Positions 11,951-26,249 of a DNA stretch of 64,000 nucleotides are shown here, one piece after another. How positions within the stretch are numbered: the first letter of the stretch is position 1; the number at the start of each line of letters is the position of its first letter. Source of the DNA: Prorocentrum cordatum (taxonomy: Eukaryota). The notes below the pieces were generated by a model that searched no databases, had not been told where the DNA came from, and saw only the letters and a list, made by a program, of their open reading frames with translations. The position numbers and the translations under genes are program-made. The stretch is taken from the NCBI GenBank assembly GCA_963575745.1, contig CAUYUJ010000055.1:1-64000 (forward strand), written 5' to 3'.

Positions 11951-14665
11951 CATTTTACCCGAACGCTCAGTGTTCTCACCAGTGCCAGGGTTTTCATGCG
12001 ACGCGAGACAATACCCCCACTTCGTGGGGGGGCAGTTCAAGCTCTACCAAATATCCAAACGACTCTTCGCGACCACCCAAACCCAGCTTCCCGCCCTATG
12101 ACGTTGGGACACTTCACTTCGTGGCGTGCGGACGACCGTGGCTACTACACTGGCGTGGGGTACACACCCACAGAACTTGGTCACTTATTCGGGGCGCGCG
12201 TGTGCCCAGCATCCTGCAATTGTGACATACAATACATGACACAGACAGACAGAGAGAGAGACAGAGAGCAGACAGAGAGAGAGACAGAGAGAGCGGAGTT
12301 GGTCACATTTTTGGGGCAAGTTCCTGAGATCGTCGTGTTTTTTGTTGGTCTTGCGCGCGCGAATGTCCACTTTACTTTTTTTTGCAAGGGATTATTGAAA
12401 TTTGATTATGTTAGAACAAGAAAAAGTAGCTCGCGCGAGCTCATGTAACACAAATGTTGAAAAACCATTGATTTTGTGGGAGTCGGACAGCGCGCGCGGG
12501 ATGAAATTTGGACATTTTTTTTTGAAAAACCATTGGGTTTTTGATGTTTTTATGTTGAAATCGTTACGAAACCTAAGGTTCTGGAAGGATTTCGTCTTGC
12601 GCGCGCGAATGTCCACTTTACCTTATTTTTTGCAAGGGATTATTGAAATTTGATTATGTTAGAACAAGAAAAAGTAGCTCGCGCGAGCTCATGTAACATA
12701 AATGTTGAAAAACCATTGGTTTTGTGGGATTCGGACAGCGCGCGCGGAAGGACATTTTGACAATTTTTTCTTAAAAAACCATTGGGTTTTTGATGTTTTT
12801 ATGTTAAAATCGCTACGAAACCTAAGGTTTTGGAAGGATTTCGTCTTGCGCGCACGAATGTCCACTTTACCTTATTTTTTGCAAGGGATTCTTGCAATTT
12901 GATCAAGTAAGAACAAGAATTTTCATTTTATAGTGTTTTTTGCAAGGGAAAACGGATTACAACAAAACAACCGGATCCGGACACAATCCACTTTTCTGAA
13001 GCTTTCGCTAGAAAATGAAGGAAATGAGGCTGCGGCCTAGGTTTTGGAGGGGGGTCGCGCACCAGGGGTCTCAACAATAATATTTCTTTAGAAGTAATAA
13101 TGTTCAACAACAACAACAACAATTACTAGCACGTGGGGACACTCCGTTCTCACCAGTGCCAGGGTTTTCATAGGAGGCGGGCAATACCCCCACTTTGTGG
13201 GGGGGCCGGTTCAAGCTCTACCAAATTTCCAAACGACTCTTCGCCACCACCCACACCCAGCTTCCCGCCCTATGACGTTCGGACACTTCACTTCGTGGCA
13301 TGCGGACGACCGTGGCTACTATTCAGGGCCCCGCGGCCGACGACGACGGCGTGCGCGCGCGAAGAAAAAACGAATGTGTCCCGCATGGTATTATTTGACA
13401 GGGATGATGGCCCTGGCAGGTGCGCAACCGTTGTTGCAGAAGTTCGAAAAAGTTGCTCGCAAAAGCCCGTTTGACAGAAATGATTAAAAAGTGTTGGGTT
13501 TCCTACGAATCCGCAAGAGCGCGCGGGATGAAATTTTGACAATTTTTTTTTGAAAAACCATTGGTTTTTTGATGTTTTTATGTTAAAATCGCTACGAAAA
13601 CTAAGGTTTTGGAAGGATTTCGTCTTGCGCGCGCGAATGTCCACTTTACCTTATTTTTTGCAAGGGATTCTTGAAGTTTGGTTATGTTAGAACAAGAAAT
13701 GTCCACTTTAGCTTATTTTTTGCAAGGGAAAACGGGCCGTAACAAAACAACCGGATCCGGACCAACCCGTTTTGCCTGAGACTTCCTCACGAAAATGATG
13801 AAAATGTGGCTGCGGCCTAGGCGCGGCGGGGGGGTCGTGCACCAGGGGCCCAACAATAATTATTCTTTAGAAGTAATAATGTTCAACAACAACAACAACA
13901 ACAATTACTAGCACGTGGGGACACTCCGTTCTCACCAGTGCCAGGGTTTTCATAGGAGGCGGGCAATACCCCCACTTTGTGGGGGGGCCGGTTCAAGCTC
14001 TACCAAATTTCCAAACGACTCTTCGCCACCACCCACACCCAGCTTCCCGCCCTATGACGTTCGGACACTTCACTTCGTGGCATGCGGACGACCGTGGCTA
14101 CTATTCAGGGCCCCGCGGCCGACGACGACGGCGTGCGCGCGCGAAGAAAAAACGAATGTGTCCCGCATGGTATTATTTGACAGGGATGATGGCCCTGGCA
14201 GGTGCGCAACCGTTGTCGCAGAAGTTCGAAAAAGTTGCTCGCAAAAGCCCGTTTGACAGAAATGTTTAAAAAGTGTTGGGTTTCCTACGAATCCGCAAGA
14301 GCGCGCGGGATGAGATTTTGACATTTTTTTGTTGAAAAACCATTGGTTTTTTGATGTTTTTATGTTAAAATCGCTCCGAACACTAAGCTTTTGGAAGGAT
14401 TTCGTCTTGCGCGCGCGAATGTCCACTTTACCTTATTTTTTGCAAGGGATTCTTGAAATTTGATTATATTAGAACAAGAAATGTCATTTTATAGTGTTTT
14501 TTGCAAGGGAAAGCGGATTACAACAAAACAACCGGATCTGGATCACATCGTTTTACCTGAGGCTTCCTCACGAAAATGATGAAAATGTAGCTGCGGCCTA
14601 GGCGGCGCAGGGGGGGCGTGCACCAGGGGGCCCAACAATAATTATTCTTTAGAATAAATAATGTT
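11950..14665 (+). repeat. Tandem array of AT-rich units (period 782 bp for 13133/13915). The first unit has an internal ~250-bp duplication. Units are separated by (CAA)n.
   Basis: Identical 113-aa spurious ORFs at 13133 and 13915 and near-identical DNA. Confidence 0.9.
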
Positions 14666-14666
14666 C

Positions 14667-14709
<43 letters not shown>

Positions 14710-16744
14710 GCAACAACAGCAGCAGCAACAGCAACAACACTACGGCGAAGACAACGACAACGACAGCAACAACGATAACAACAACAATAACAACAACTAC
14801 TACAACAACGACAACGACAACGACAACGACAGCAGCAACAACAGCACATCAACAACAACAACCACAACAGGAACAGCAGCAACAGCAACAGCAACAACAA
14901 CAGCAACAACAACAACCATTGTAAGATTGATTGCTCTTATCTGCTCGAGTGCCAATCACCTCAAAAATCCCCCCCCCCCCAACAAAAAAAAAACTCAGTA
15001 TACCCGCCCTCTTCGTCTTCGATCGTGCCCCCTTAATAGGTGGCGCGCCAAGGGGGGAAGTGAGAAGGAGAAGGCATTCTGAGAAGGCTCGGAAGTTCCC
15101 GGGACTTCTGAGAAGTTTTCCGAGCCTTCCCCGAGGAAAAAAAAAAAAACTTCTCAGAAGGCTGGAGGCCTTCTGAGAAGTGTCGCCGCCTTCTGAGAAG
15201 ACCTTCTCCTTCTCATTTCCCCCCCTCGCTCGCCTCCGACTTAAGTGTAGATCTATTACCTGCAACGTGTATTTCGTGCAGCCCCTGAGGCAGGGGAGGA
15301 GAGGACGGATGGAATTCAGGGACAAGGGACAGGCGGGTTGCTGAAGCGTGCGCCCTGCATGAGTCGCGAAGAAGTCTCGAGCGACAGCGCGATTCCGAAA
15401 TCCTGCCAGCCCTCTGGGCCACAGGCGGTCTAACGATGTCCTTCTTTCCTCTTCGACATCCCCTTCTTCCACTTCGGGGAGGGGTTTACCCCTCCCCCTG
15501 CCCCCTCCCCTGGACCTGGACGCGGGGGGCGCGAGTCGTCAGGGCGTCAAAGATGGCCCAAGATGGCTCCGGGAGGGCCTCGGAGAGCCCAAGATGGCCT
15601 CCGAGATCGCTCAAGATAGCCCAATATGGCTCAAGATAGCTGAAAGCATGCCTCCAAGAGGCCCCAAGAAGGCCACAAGACGGATCCAAGTGCTTTTGGA
15701 GACGAAGCCAAGATTCTTCAAAAACCTTGGAACACCTATTAATTTTGATCTTCTCGCCTTGTCGCTTCCGAAGCGCTCTTGAGGCCTCAAGATGGCCCCA
15801 AGATGGCCCAAGAGAGCTCTAAGAAGGGCCCACGAGGCCCCCCCGACGGCCCCAAGGTCGCCCAAGATCGCCCCAAGAGGACCCCAAGAGCGCCCCAAGA
15901 GGCTATTTCGATGGCCCCAGAGGGGCGACGAAAATCGAGGACCCCCCTCCTTTGACCGATGGTCTCCAAGATGGCCCCAGGAGGCGCTCCATAGCTCCCA
16001 AGAGGGCCCCAAGAGAGCCCCAAGAGAGACCCAAGAGGGCCCCATGAGGGCCCCAAGGCGCCCCAAAAGAGCCCCAAGAGGACCCCAAGAGGACCCCAAG
16101 ACCCCCCAAAGAGACCCAAGAGGGCCCCAAGATGCCCCAAATGAGCCCCAAGAGGACCCCAAAAAAAGCCTCGTATCTCTATGATAGCCTCCGATGCTCC
16201 AAGATAGCCTCCAACATGGCTCAACACGTTCATCCCTCTCCTCTCTTTGACCGCTCTGTTTCACTATACGCGTCTCTGCTTTCCATTTCCCGTCAGCACT
16301 CGTGGGCAGGGCTTCTGCACGGGATGCCCGGGGATTCTTTTTGGTCCACGGGCGCGCGAAACGAGTCAAACGCCGAGCGTGCTAGGGCGGCGGCTGGCGG
16401 GGCTCGCGAAGCGTAAACAAGAAGTCGAGAGGAAATCCACAGCGAGAGCGTGAGTCACGAGTGACGAGTGCGCGGCGTCTGAATAAATTGCGAGAATCTC
16501 ACGCGAAAGCGCGTCTCCTGTCTGAATCGTGAGAAAGTCCCGCGCGAGAGCGCGATTCGGGAATAATTTGTGAGGAAGCATCAGGCGGGAGCCGTCGTTG
16601 TTGTAAAGCGGGGGCCAGGGGCACAGCTCGGTGACACCTAACTTCCCCTTGATAAAAAAGTGCGAGCCCCGGGAGAAACACTTGAACTAAAATATACAAT
16701 GGTTACCTGTTAGCGGGATCAACAGCAGTTGTTCTTTAGAAATG

Positions 16745-16777
<33 letters not shown>

Positions 16778-17489
16778 GCAACAACGGCAACAACGGCAAC
16801 ACCAGCAGCAGCAACCACCACCACCACCACAACAACAACGATCGTTTTAAGACTGTTCGCTCTTACCTGCTCGCGTGCCATTCAACACGTATATCTCGAA
16901 CCCTCGGTACCCGCCCTACTCGACTTCGATACTAACTCCCTTGGGGATACATCTTCCCTACCTGCCGCGTGCAATTGGCGCAGTCCCTAAAAAAAAGGGA
17001 AAAAGGACGGATATAGGACTAGAAAACACATGGCAGAACCAGACGCGCAAATCGGGCGGGTAGACCCTGATGGGCGGGTGGGGAAGACGGGCCCAGGCGA
17101 CCAGGTCGAGCAGGCGGGTTGCTGAAGCGTGAGCATGAGTCGCGTGGAAGTCTCGAGCGATAGCGCGATTCCCAAGTGTGATTCTGAAGGGTGGAGGCGC
17201 GGCGCCTGAATAAATTGCGAGGAAGACCCACGCGAGAGTGCGAATCCTGCATAAATTGTGAGAAAGTCCCGCACGAGAGCGCGTACTTGAAATGAACTGT
17301 GAGGAACTATCGGGCAGGAGCCGTTATTGTTGTAAGTCGGGAAGCAAGGGCGCAGTTTGGTGACACCACGCTTTCCCCTGTAAAAGCAGTGTGCGAGCAC
17401 TGGCAGCAACACTCGGATTGAAAAATACAATGCTTACTGGAGGGGGATCAACAGTAGTTGTTCTTTAGAAATGACAACTTAACAACAAG

Positions 17490-17530
<41 letters not shown>

Positions 17531-18029
17531 CTACAACAACAACAACAACAACAACAACAACTGCAACAACAACGCGAACAGCAATAACAATAACAACAAT
17601 AACAACAATACCTATAGTTTGAGATTGCTCGCTCCTATCTGCTCACGTGCCAATCAATACGTATATCCCAAGCCCTCGGTACCCGCCCTCGTCGTCTTCG
17701 ATCGTACCCCCTTGGGGGTATATCTTCCTTACCTGCCACGTGTATTCAGTGCAGCCCCTAAGTAACAAGGGAAGACAGGACAGGTGGAAGGAGGAGGCAG
17801 AAGAATGGAGCACGAGAGAAAATAGCAGGAGGGGGGCAAGGAGCAGAAAACAAGTGGTAGAACCAGACGGGCAGATCGGGTGGGCAAACCCATAGCGGGC
17901 AGGTCAGGAAGGCGGGCCCAGGCGACGAGGTCGAGCAGGTGGGTTGCTGAAGCGTGGGTCCTGCATGAATCGCGAGGAAGTCTCGAGTGATAGCGCGATT
18001 CCCAAGTATATCGTGAGAAAAGCCAACGT

Positions 18030-18470
18030 GGACCACGAAGGGCATTAAATCCGAGACCACAGAAGGCAGCGACGGGGCCGCTGAGGGCAGCACCGGGGCA
18101 GCGAGGGGGCCACGAAGGGCGACAGCAGGGCCACGAAGGGCAAACATATGGGGCCACGACGGGCGCGAGCGAGCGGGGGCCACGAAGGGCATTCGTATAC
18201 GGGGCCACAAAGGGCGACAGCGGGGCCACTGAGGGCAGCAAAGGGGCCACGAAGGGCAGCAAGGAGGCCACGAAGGGCGACAGCGGGGCTACGAAGGGCA
18301 TGCACATGGGGCCACGACGGGCGCGTGCGAGCGGGGGGCCACGAAGGGCATAGAATGCGGGGCCACAAAGGAGAGCGACGGGGCCACGAAGGGCAGCGAG
18401 CGAGGGCGACCGCGGAACCAGCACGGGCAGCGAGGGGCATCGAAGGCGGGCGAAGGGCAGCGAGCGGCGA
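18030..18470 (+). repeat. Degenerate GGGGCCACGAAGGGC minisatellite
   Basis: More than 15 copies of the core with variable spacers. Confidence 0.85.
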
Positions 18471-18964
18471 CTGCAGTCATTAACGGGCTGGTCGGGCGGG
18501 CAGGCCCCGACGGGCGGGTCTAGCGGGCGGGTCGTTGAATCGTGAGTCCTGCTTGAAACGCCAGGCAATATGTAGCGGGAGCGCGACTCCTGAGTGTCGA
18601 GAACGGGCATCTGAATAAATTGTAAGGAAATATCAAGCGAAGCGGTTCGGTGGTAAGTTGCGAGGAAGTCCCAAGCGAGAACACGATTCTGCAATAAATT
18701 GTCAGGAAGTATCAGGCGGGAGCTGCGATTCGGTAGTAAATTGCCAGAAGTCCCAAGCGAGAGCGCGATTCTTCAATAAACTGTGAGGAAGTATCCAGCG
18801 GAAGCCGTTGTTGTCGTAAACTGGGGGCGAACGACACAGTTTGACCCTCAAAACTTCCCCTAATATAAAACAGGGTGCGAGCCCCGGGAGGGGTACCTCA
18901 GTCGAAAAATACAATGTGCACCGGGCGGGGGGTATTGACAAAAATTATTCTTCAGGAATGAGAG

Positions 18965-19555
18965 AGCAACAACAACACCACCACCACCAACAACAACAAC
19001 AACAACCGCAACCACAAGCACATCCACAGCCACTACCACTACCACTACCACTACCACTGCCACAACAACAACAACCACTACAGTAACATCAGCAGTAACA
19101 ACAGCAGCAGCAACAACACCAACAACAACAGCAGCAGCAACAACAACCACAACAGGAACAACAGCAACAACAGCAGCAACAACAACAACAAGAACAACAA
19201 CAGCGACAGCAACCGCAACTGCAGCAACAACAGCAACAACAACAAAAACAACAATAAGACCACCACCATCACAACCACCACCACCATCATCAGCAGCAGC
19301 AACATCATCATGACCGTCATCGTCGAAGCCGCCATCACCTGCACCACCACCGTCACAACCTCCATCAACGTCCTCGCTTTAATCATTATCGTAGTCATCA
19401 TCATAAGCATCGCCATCATCAACACCACCATCATTATCACGACCTCATCACCGCACCGTCATGAAAATACTGACAATCATCATCATCAACATCATCATCA
19501 GAATCATCAACTCGCTGTCACCCTCATCGACCATCATCATCAGCGCCATCATCAC

Positions 19556-19586
<31 letters not shown>

Positions 19587-19882
19587 GTCATCACCACCCG
19601 AAACATTCCCGTCACCAGACTTCGAAACCATCATCACCATCGTCATCAGCAGCAGCATCATTATCATCAGCAGCAGCTGCATCGTCAGCAACATCACAGC
19701 AATCGTCTTAATCCTCTCCATAAAGATCACCAGAATAACCCTCAGAATCGTCATCATCGCACTTCCCGAAGAGCATGATTCTCTTCATCCTCATTATCTC
19801 CTCCCCCATCCTGTCCCCTCCCTCCCTCGTCACCACTACCACCACCACAATCATCATCACCATCATCAGCATCATCACCATG

Positions 19883-19967
<85 letters not shown>

Positions 19968-20030
19968 GCAGCAGCATGCCCGTTGACGTCATCATCAGTA
20001 ACATCATCGTCGTCATGATCATCGAACTTC
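18965..20030. repeat. Degenerate (CAA)/(CAT) microsatellite
   Basis: Direct. Confidence 0.9.
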
Positions 20031-20050
20031 CTAGCACTCATGTGTCTCTG

Positions 20051-20254
20051 AATAGGGGAACGAAAAATGACATAAACACAGAAACTCGGAGGTCCGCGCG
20101 GATTTCGTGGATCCGCGCTGGACCCCCCTCCCTGGCGCACGGAGCGCGCCAGCGGCGGCGCCGGAGGCGCCGCCAGGGGGGCCCAACGCGGATACGAGAA
20201 AATCCGCGCGGACCTCGAGCTTTTTATGTTTGTGTCATTCTTCGTTCCCCTATT
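20051..20254 (+). mobile_element. MITE family 2 copy with long TIRs
   Basis: AATAGGGGAACGAAAAATGACA ... TGTCATTCTTCGTTCCCCTATT, plus an inner inverted repeat GAGGTCCGCGCGGATTT / AAATCCGCGCGGACCTC. Confidence 0.85.
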
Positions 20255-20496
20255 TGAAGGGGAATTGGGACACACAAATAAATACACACAAATAAAAATA
20301 TCCCCCATATTTTACCATATTTTCTGGGTTTTTGTCTTCCCCCCCACTTCCCATACTTTCCCATATTCTGGGAATCGCCAATTAATTGTGTCTGTGTGTT
20401 TTTTCCCCTCCTGACTATTCCCCTACTGAATTCTCCTCCCCCTGGCCTCCTCATCCTCTGACGGCGGGCGACTGCCGCGCGGCGAGCCCGCTCGGC

Positions 20497-20571
20497 CTCC
20501 GAGAGCCACATGTCGCTGCCGCCGAGGACCAGCACCCGGTCGCTCCGGGCTGGGTCGAACTGCTTCTTGGC
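20497..20571 (-). CDS. Gene A exon (AKKQFDPARSDRVLVLGGSDMWLSE)
   Basis: CAG|GCC acceptor, GAG|GC donor, 75 nt, phase 0/0, high GC3. Confidence 0.75.
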
Positions 20572-21269
20572 CTGCCCCACGCTGGGGGGCGGGGGGGTGT
20601 CCTCCTCCTCCTCCTCCTCCTCCTCCTCCTCCTCCTCCTCCACCACTTATCTGCGTCCCCGAAGCCAAAAGCCCCCTTCCACTACTCCGAGTTTCCTAAT
20701 AAGCGTGCCGACAGCCCCACGTCGACCCCCGTCGCGGACAACCGCCGCGCGCCGAAGGCGCTCCAACCCCCGTGGCGGCGCTCCGACGAGGCGAGGTCGA
20801 CCCCCGTCGGGGGGGAAACCCCCCCCCACACTTATTAACGAACTCGGAGTATGTTATGATCGTGCCCTCGAGGCCACCATCCCTTGTGAATAATGGAACA
20901 CTTGCGCCCTCGAAGCGATCAACTCATGTAAATTACCATGTATTCGCATCTCCAAGGCAATGCTCCCTTGTCAATTACGCAATAGTTGTGTGCCCGAGGC
21001 CACGATTCTTTCAATTGACGCAGTATTCGCGTCCTCGAGGCCACAATCCCTTGAAAATGTTTCATTCGCGTCCCCGAGGCCACGATCCCTCGCAAATTGC
21101 GCCGTGCTTGGGTCCTCGAAGCCACGCACCCTCACAAGATCTACGTCACCATCACCATCGGCGTCAGCATCAGCATGCCATCAAGACGGCGCCAAGACAT
21201 CCTGATGCAGCTCTGATGTACTCGTTCTGGTAGAGAGGGGGCCGGCGGCGGGGGCCGAAGCCCTCACGG

Positions 21270-22390
21270 TTAGCACGAAGCGGGGGGCCCACAGGCAGGG
21301 GCTCCCGCTCGAGACTCCATCGCAACTCGCTTGCAGGCGAGCGCCCGAGGAGACACGAGACACCCTCTCCGTTTGCTCGGGGGCGAGGTTCCCGCTCGCG
21401 ACTCCCTCGGGATCGGGCTGCCCGTATCCGGATGGCCGCCTCAGATTACCAGCATGGAGGCGGGGACCCCATAGGGAGGGGGCAGGAGGAGGAGGAGGAA
21501 GAAGAGGAGGAGGAGGAGGAGAAGGGAGGAGGAGGAGGAGGAGGAGGAGGAGGAGGAGAAGAAGGAGCTCCTGCTCGAGACATCCTCCAAGTTTGCTCAG
21601 GAACTGTGCTCCCTCCCGCTCGAGACTGCTCAGGCTCCCAGGTGTCACCAAGCCTGTCTTTTGACGTGGTTTTCCGATGGCCGCCTCGGATGGAGGTGGG
21701 GACCCATAGGGAGGGGCTCCCGCTCGAGATTCCCTTGCGGTTCGCTCACAGACGACTGAGCGCCCGAGACATCCTCTCAGTTTTCTCGGGAACGGGGCTC
21801 CAGCTCGAGACTTCCTCGAGGTTCAGGGCCCCTGGGTGTCACCAAACCTGTGGTTCTACATGGTTTTCCGATGGCCGTCTCGGGTTCGAACATGGAGGTG
21901 GGGACCCGTAGGGAAAGGCTCCCGCTCGAGAGTGCCGTGCCATTCACTCACAAACAAGGCAGTGCCCGAGACAGCCTCTCACTCTGCTCAGGAACAGGGC
22001 TCCGGCTCAAAACTTCCTCTGGATTCAAGCCCCCAGGTGTCACCAAACATGTTTTTCAATCCTATTTTCCAATGGCCACCTCGGATTCGAACATGGAGGT
22101 GGGGACCCGTAGGGAGTGGCTTCCGAACGAGACTTCCTCGCGATTCACCTACAGACGAGTAAGCGCCCGAAACATCCTCTCGGCTTGCTCGGGAACGAAG
22201 CTCCCACTCGAGATTTCCTTGGGATGCAGGCCCCAAGGTGTGACCAAGCCTATGTTTTGAAAAAAGTGTTTCCGATGGCAGCGTCAGGTCCGAACATCGA
22301 GGGGGGGACCCCATAGGGAGGGGCTCCCTCTCGAAAACTTCCTCGCGATTCGCCTGCAGACGAGGATCTCGCTCGAGACATCCTCAAGGT
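21270..22390 (+). repeat. Diverged ~200-bp tandem repeat (about 5 units) interrupted by (GGA)n
   Basis: CCGATGGCC...ATGGAGGTGGGGACCC.TAGGGA near 21428, 21674, 21868, 22069 and 22272. Confidence 0.8.
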
Positions 22391-22419
22391 GAGTGCGCGA
22401 GTTTGCATGCTTGTGTGCG

Positions 22420-22537
22420 GTGATGATGATTATGATGAGGACTGTCGACGATCACGATGGTATGGTGACGGTGATGAAGGTGGTGTTGATGATGACGATG
22501 ATGGCGATGGGGTTGATGATGATGCTGATAACAAGGG

Positions 22538-22586
<49 letters not shown>

Positions 22587-22608
22587 AGTGATGATGATGC
22601 TGCTGACT

Positions 22609-22680
<72 letters not shown>

Positions 22681-22890
22681 GTGATGGTGATGGTGATGGT
22701 GATGGTGATGGTGATGGTGATGGTGATGGTGAGGACGATGATGGCGATGGTGGTGATTATGAGTGTGTCTGTGTGGGCGTAAGTGAATGAATGATTATGA
22801 TGGTGAGCAAGGGTGGTGATGGTGTGAGGGAAGGAGGACAAAGTGGGTGAGTGAGTGATGGGGATGGGGATGGGGACGATGATGATGGTG
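22420..22890. repeat. (GAT)n / (GGTGAT)n microsatellite
   Basis: Direct. Confidence 0.95.
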
Positions 22891-24234
22891 TGCATGTGTG
22901 TGTGGGGGGGAGTTATTGTTCCTGTGCGGGGTGTCCAGAAGCAACAACAACCCCCCTTAGGATGTGCAGGAAAACATCACTGCCAAGGTTGGACATATAT
23001 GCATTGATAACTCGCTGTCGCACGATTGTTGATTATGACTCTTGTGGACATCGCAGAGCGCGGGGGGGCTGGGAAGGGGCACGACGCCACTCCTTGACAA
23101 CACCTTGCCCCAATTGTGGCCGCCGCAATCGCCGCAGCGACATCCTAAACCGAACCGTAGGTTTGGTTTGGGGCCAGAGATCACGCAACGACCTTACCCC
23201 CTCCCTGAGGACTGCACCAGCTGCGGCAATGTCTGTGCACGAGAGGGCGGAGCACTTCGCAACCCTGCCGAAGAGCGTCGCGCATGTGGAAGCGCGGGCA
23301 AACGGAACCTTGACCAGATAGCACGTGGAGTTTGCCCAGGCAATTCGGCTGAAGCTGCCATCCATGTTTCTGGCTACAAGGGAAAACATGTAAAGAAAAA
23401 TCAAATGATTACACCGCCTTGAAAGAGAATCGTCCCCCCGTCCGTGTAACTGTGGCGTGCCCTCACATTCAAGCAAATGCAAAAAAATGAATCACATGTT
23501 GAAGAAGAAACGCCATCCACCCGTGAAACCGCTGCACTGGCTACAAGTTCGGGCTTGGACCGCCTGCGACAGTGTAACTGTTGGATATATGTACGACGAG
23601 CGGGCGCGACGCTCAAGCAAGAGCCAGTTTGAAAACAGAGTCACCGTTTGAAAAAAAACAGATAACTCAGCCTCCAAGCGCATAGCAGTGGGAGACTGGC
23701 AACACGAATGTGCGCGGCGCTGATGCGAGATCCACATTTGACAACGATTCGCCTTCCATCCGTGTGCAGGTTGCAGACTTGGCTTGCAATACAAATGTGC
23801 GTGGCGCTGACCCAGAAAACCGACGTAGTGATGTTTGAGGAAGTGCGTTTCACGGGCGCTTGCCTTGGGAACATTCGGCAGCGCGTTTCGAGCTGGGGGG
23901 TGGGCCCTCCCCCAACACTCGGCGCCGTCGATCAAAACCAGGGGGACCCCCCTCCCCCCCGAACCCCCCCCCTCCCGAACCCCCCTCCCTCCCAGGGGGG
24001 GGGGGGCGGTTTGAACCCCCCCCGCCCTCGGCGCCGGCGCTGGCGCCGGCGCTGGCGGCCGCCAGCAGCGCCGACTGCGGGGACGCAGCGACGATGACAA
24101 GAGGCAGCCAGGGGGAAGGGTGGGGGGATTCAAGCCCCCCCCCCCTCCCCTGGCGCCGGCGCCAGCGACGGCGTTGGCGGCGGCCACCAACGCCAGCGCC
24201 GGCGCCGGCAACGGCGGGGACGCAGCGACGATTA

Positions 24235-24855
24235 CCACCACTATCCCACCACCACTACCACCACCACCGCCTCAACCCACCACCACCACCACCAACCCAC
24301 CACACAACCACCACACCACCACAGCCACCACCCACCACCACACCACCACCACCACAACTCACCACCACACACAACAAACCCACCCACCACCACCACAACC
24401 ACCACCACTACCACCACCACACCACCGCCACAACCACCACCACTACAGCCACAAGCAACCACCACCACAAACCACCACACCACCCCTACCACCACCACCG
24501 CCACCACCACCACCACCACCAGTGACACCTCCACAAACCACCGCCACCACCACAACCCACCTCCACCACCACCACAAACCACCACCGCACCACCACCAAA
24601 CCACCACCACCACCACCATAACCCACCACCACCACCACCACCACCACAAACCACCACCGCACCACCACCAAACCACCACCACCAAACCACCACCAAACCA
24701 CCACCACCACCACCATCACCACCACCCACCACCACATCCACCACCACAGCCACCACCACCACAACAAACCAATACACCACCACCACCACAACCACCACCA
24801 CCGCCACCACCACCACCACAACCCACCACCACCACCACCACCACCACCACCACCG
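24235..24855. repeat. Degenerate (CAC)n tract between inverted arms (TTTGAACCCCCCC near 24010, GGGGGGGTTCGAA near 25030)
   Basis: Direct. Confidence 0.85.
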
Positions 24856-26249
24856 TCGTCCTCGTCAACGCTCCCCGCCGCCGCCGCCCGCGGCCGCAGG
24901 CGCCGGCGCCGGCCCAGAAAAGGAAATCGTCGTCCCCGCCGCCGCCGCCAGCCGCCGCCGACGCAGGCGCCAGCCCGAGGAGGGAGGGAAGGGGCGGGGG
25001 TCGAAACACCCCCCCCCTTCCATCACGGGGGGGGGGTTCGAACCCCCCCCTCACCTCGATCCCGGGGGGGGGGGGCCGGTTCCAAACCCCCCCCCCTTCC
25101 AAGCGACCACAGAACGCGCTCTTTCTGATGTTTCAAAATACGGCTCCCCAGCGGTCTGGACCTTATCCCTGGCACTGGCTATGTATCCTGAATCGTTTTT
25201 GACGGTCCTGGGGCCCAGTAAGTGCTCCTAGTGGCCGAAACATATCAAAAACTGTCGGTGGTGACTTTTCTCGCGACGCGATGTTGTCGGGGGACGCAAG
25301 CCACGTTCTGCAGACGACCGGGGGGAAAATCAGAGCTCAGGATCCTTCGCAGCCTCCTCCTCCTCCTCCTCCTCCTCCTCCTCCTCCTCCTCCTCCTCCT
25401 CCTCCTCCTCCTCCTCCTCCTCCTCCTCCTCCTCCTCCTCCTCCTCCTCCTCACCCTCCTCCTCCTCCTCCCCCTCGTCCTCGTCCGCCCCTCTCCGACC
25501 CACCCGAGCTGCCAGCCACCGCACGGCGCCAGGAGGCTGTTATGGAGAGACGGCAGGCACGGCTGGCCGGGGTCCTCTCTGTACTGTGTTCGGCGTCGAG
25601 GTGTCGGGCGGACGCCGTTCTGCCTCGGCAGATCGCCGGAGCCCGGAGCCAGATCGAAAGAGCAGCCGAGTCGAGGATTGCGTCTCAGCCCGAGGGCTTC
25701 TGCGATCACCCCCGCCGCGCCGCCGTGCCGCGCGCGGTTTTCCCTGCTCGGCGGCCGGCCCGCCCGCCTGCTCGGCGGCTGGCCCGCCCGCCTGGGACAC
25801 CGCGCGGCCCTCGCGCGGGCCGCGCCCAGAGCACGCCGGCGCGCCCTCGGGTGAAAACACCCTCCTCCTCCTCCTCCCCCTCCTCCTCCTCCTCCTCCTC
25901 CTCCTCCTCCTCCTCCTCCTCCTCCCCCTCCTCCTCCTCCTCCTCCTCCTCCTCCTCCTCCTCCTCCTGCTCCTCCCCTACCCCCCACGATTTCTGAGGG
26001 GGAGGGTGGGGTTCGCTTTGTTCGGGAGCTCCCGAGCGGAGTGAACCCCACCCTCCCCCTCAGGAATCGTGTGGGGGGTAGGGGTAGGGTTCGCGTGTGG
26101 CCCCGAAGAATTCAGATTTGCTGGGTTGTCCCTAGAGCCTGTGCAACTGATTCACGTCACCTCCCGACGGGGGCCCTGGGTGGATCACACCTCTTCGCCA
26201 GAGTGGGAGGATGTTTGCATGGTTGAAACTCCCCGATGCGACAGTTGGT

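Noticed and set aside
13133..14426. Duplicated 113/118-aa ORFs
   Set aside because: Product of the 782-bp tandem repeat, with non-ATG starts and no coding signature.
15617..15635. TAGCCCAATATGGCTCAAG resembling the spliced leader
   Set aside because: Part of the CAAGATGGCCCAAG repeat, so a chance similarity.
18030..18470. CRISPR-like repeat/spacer pattern (also 10214-10480 and 63800-63990)
   Set aside because: Spacers are short and related to each other, repeats are degenerate, there are no cas genes and the context is eukaryotic. These are minisatellites.
22940..23900. Unique sequence with a DVVMFEEVRF motif recalling an endonuclease
   Set aside because: One weak motif among many stops, not enough to call.
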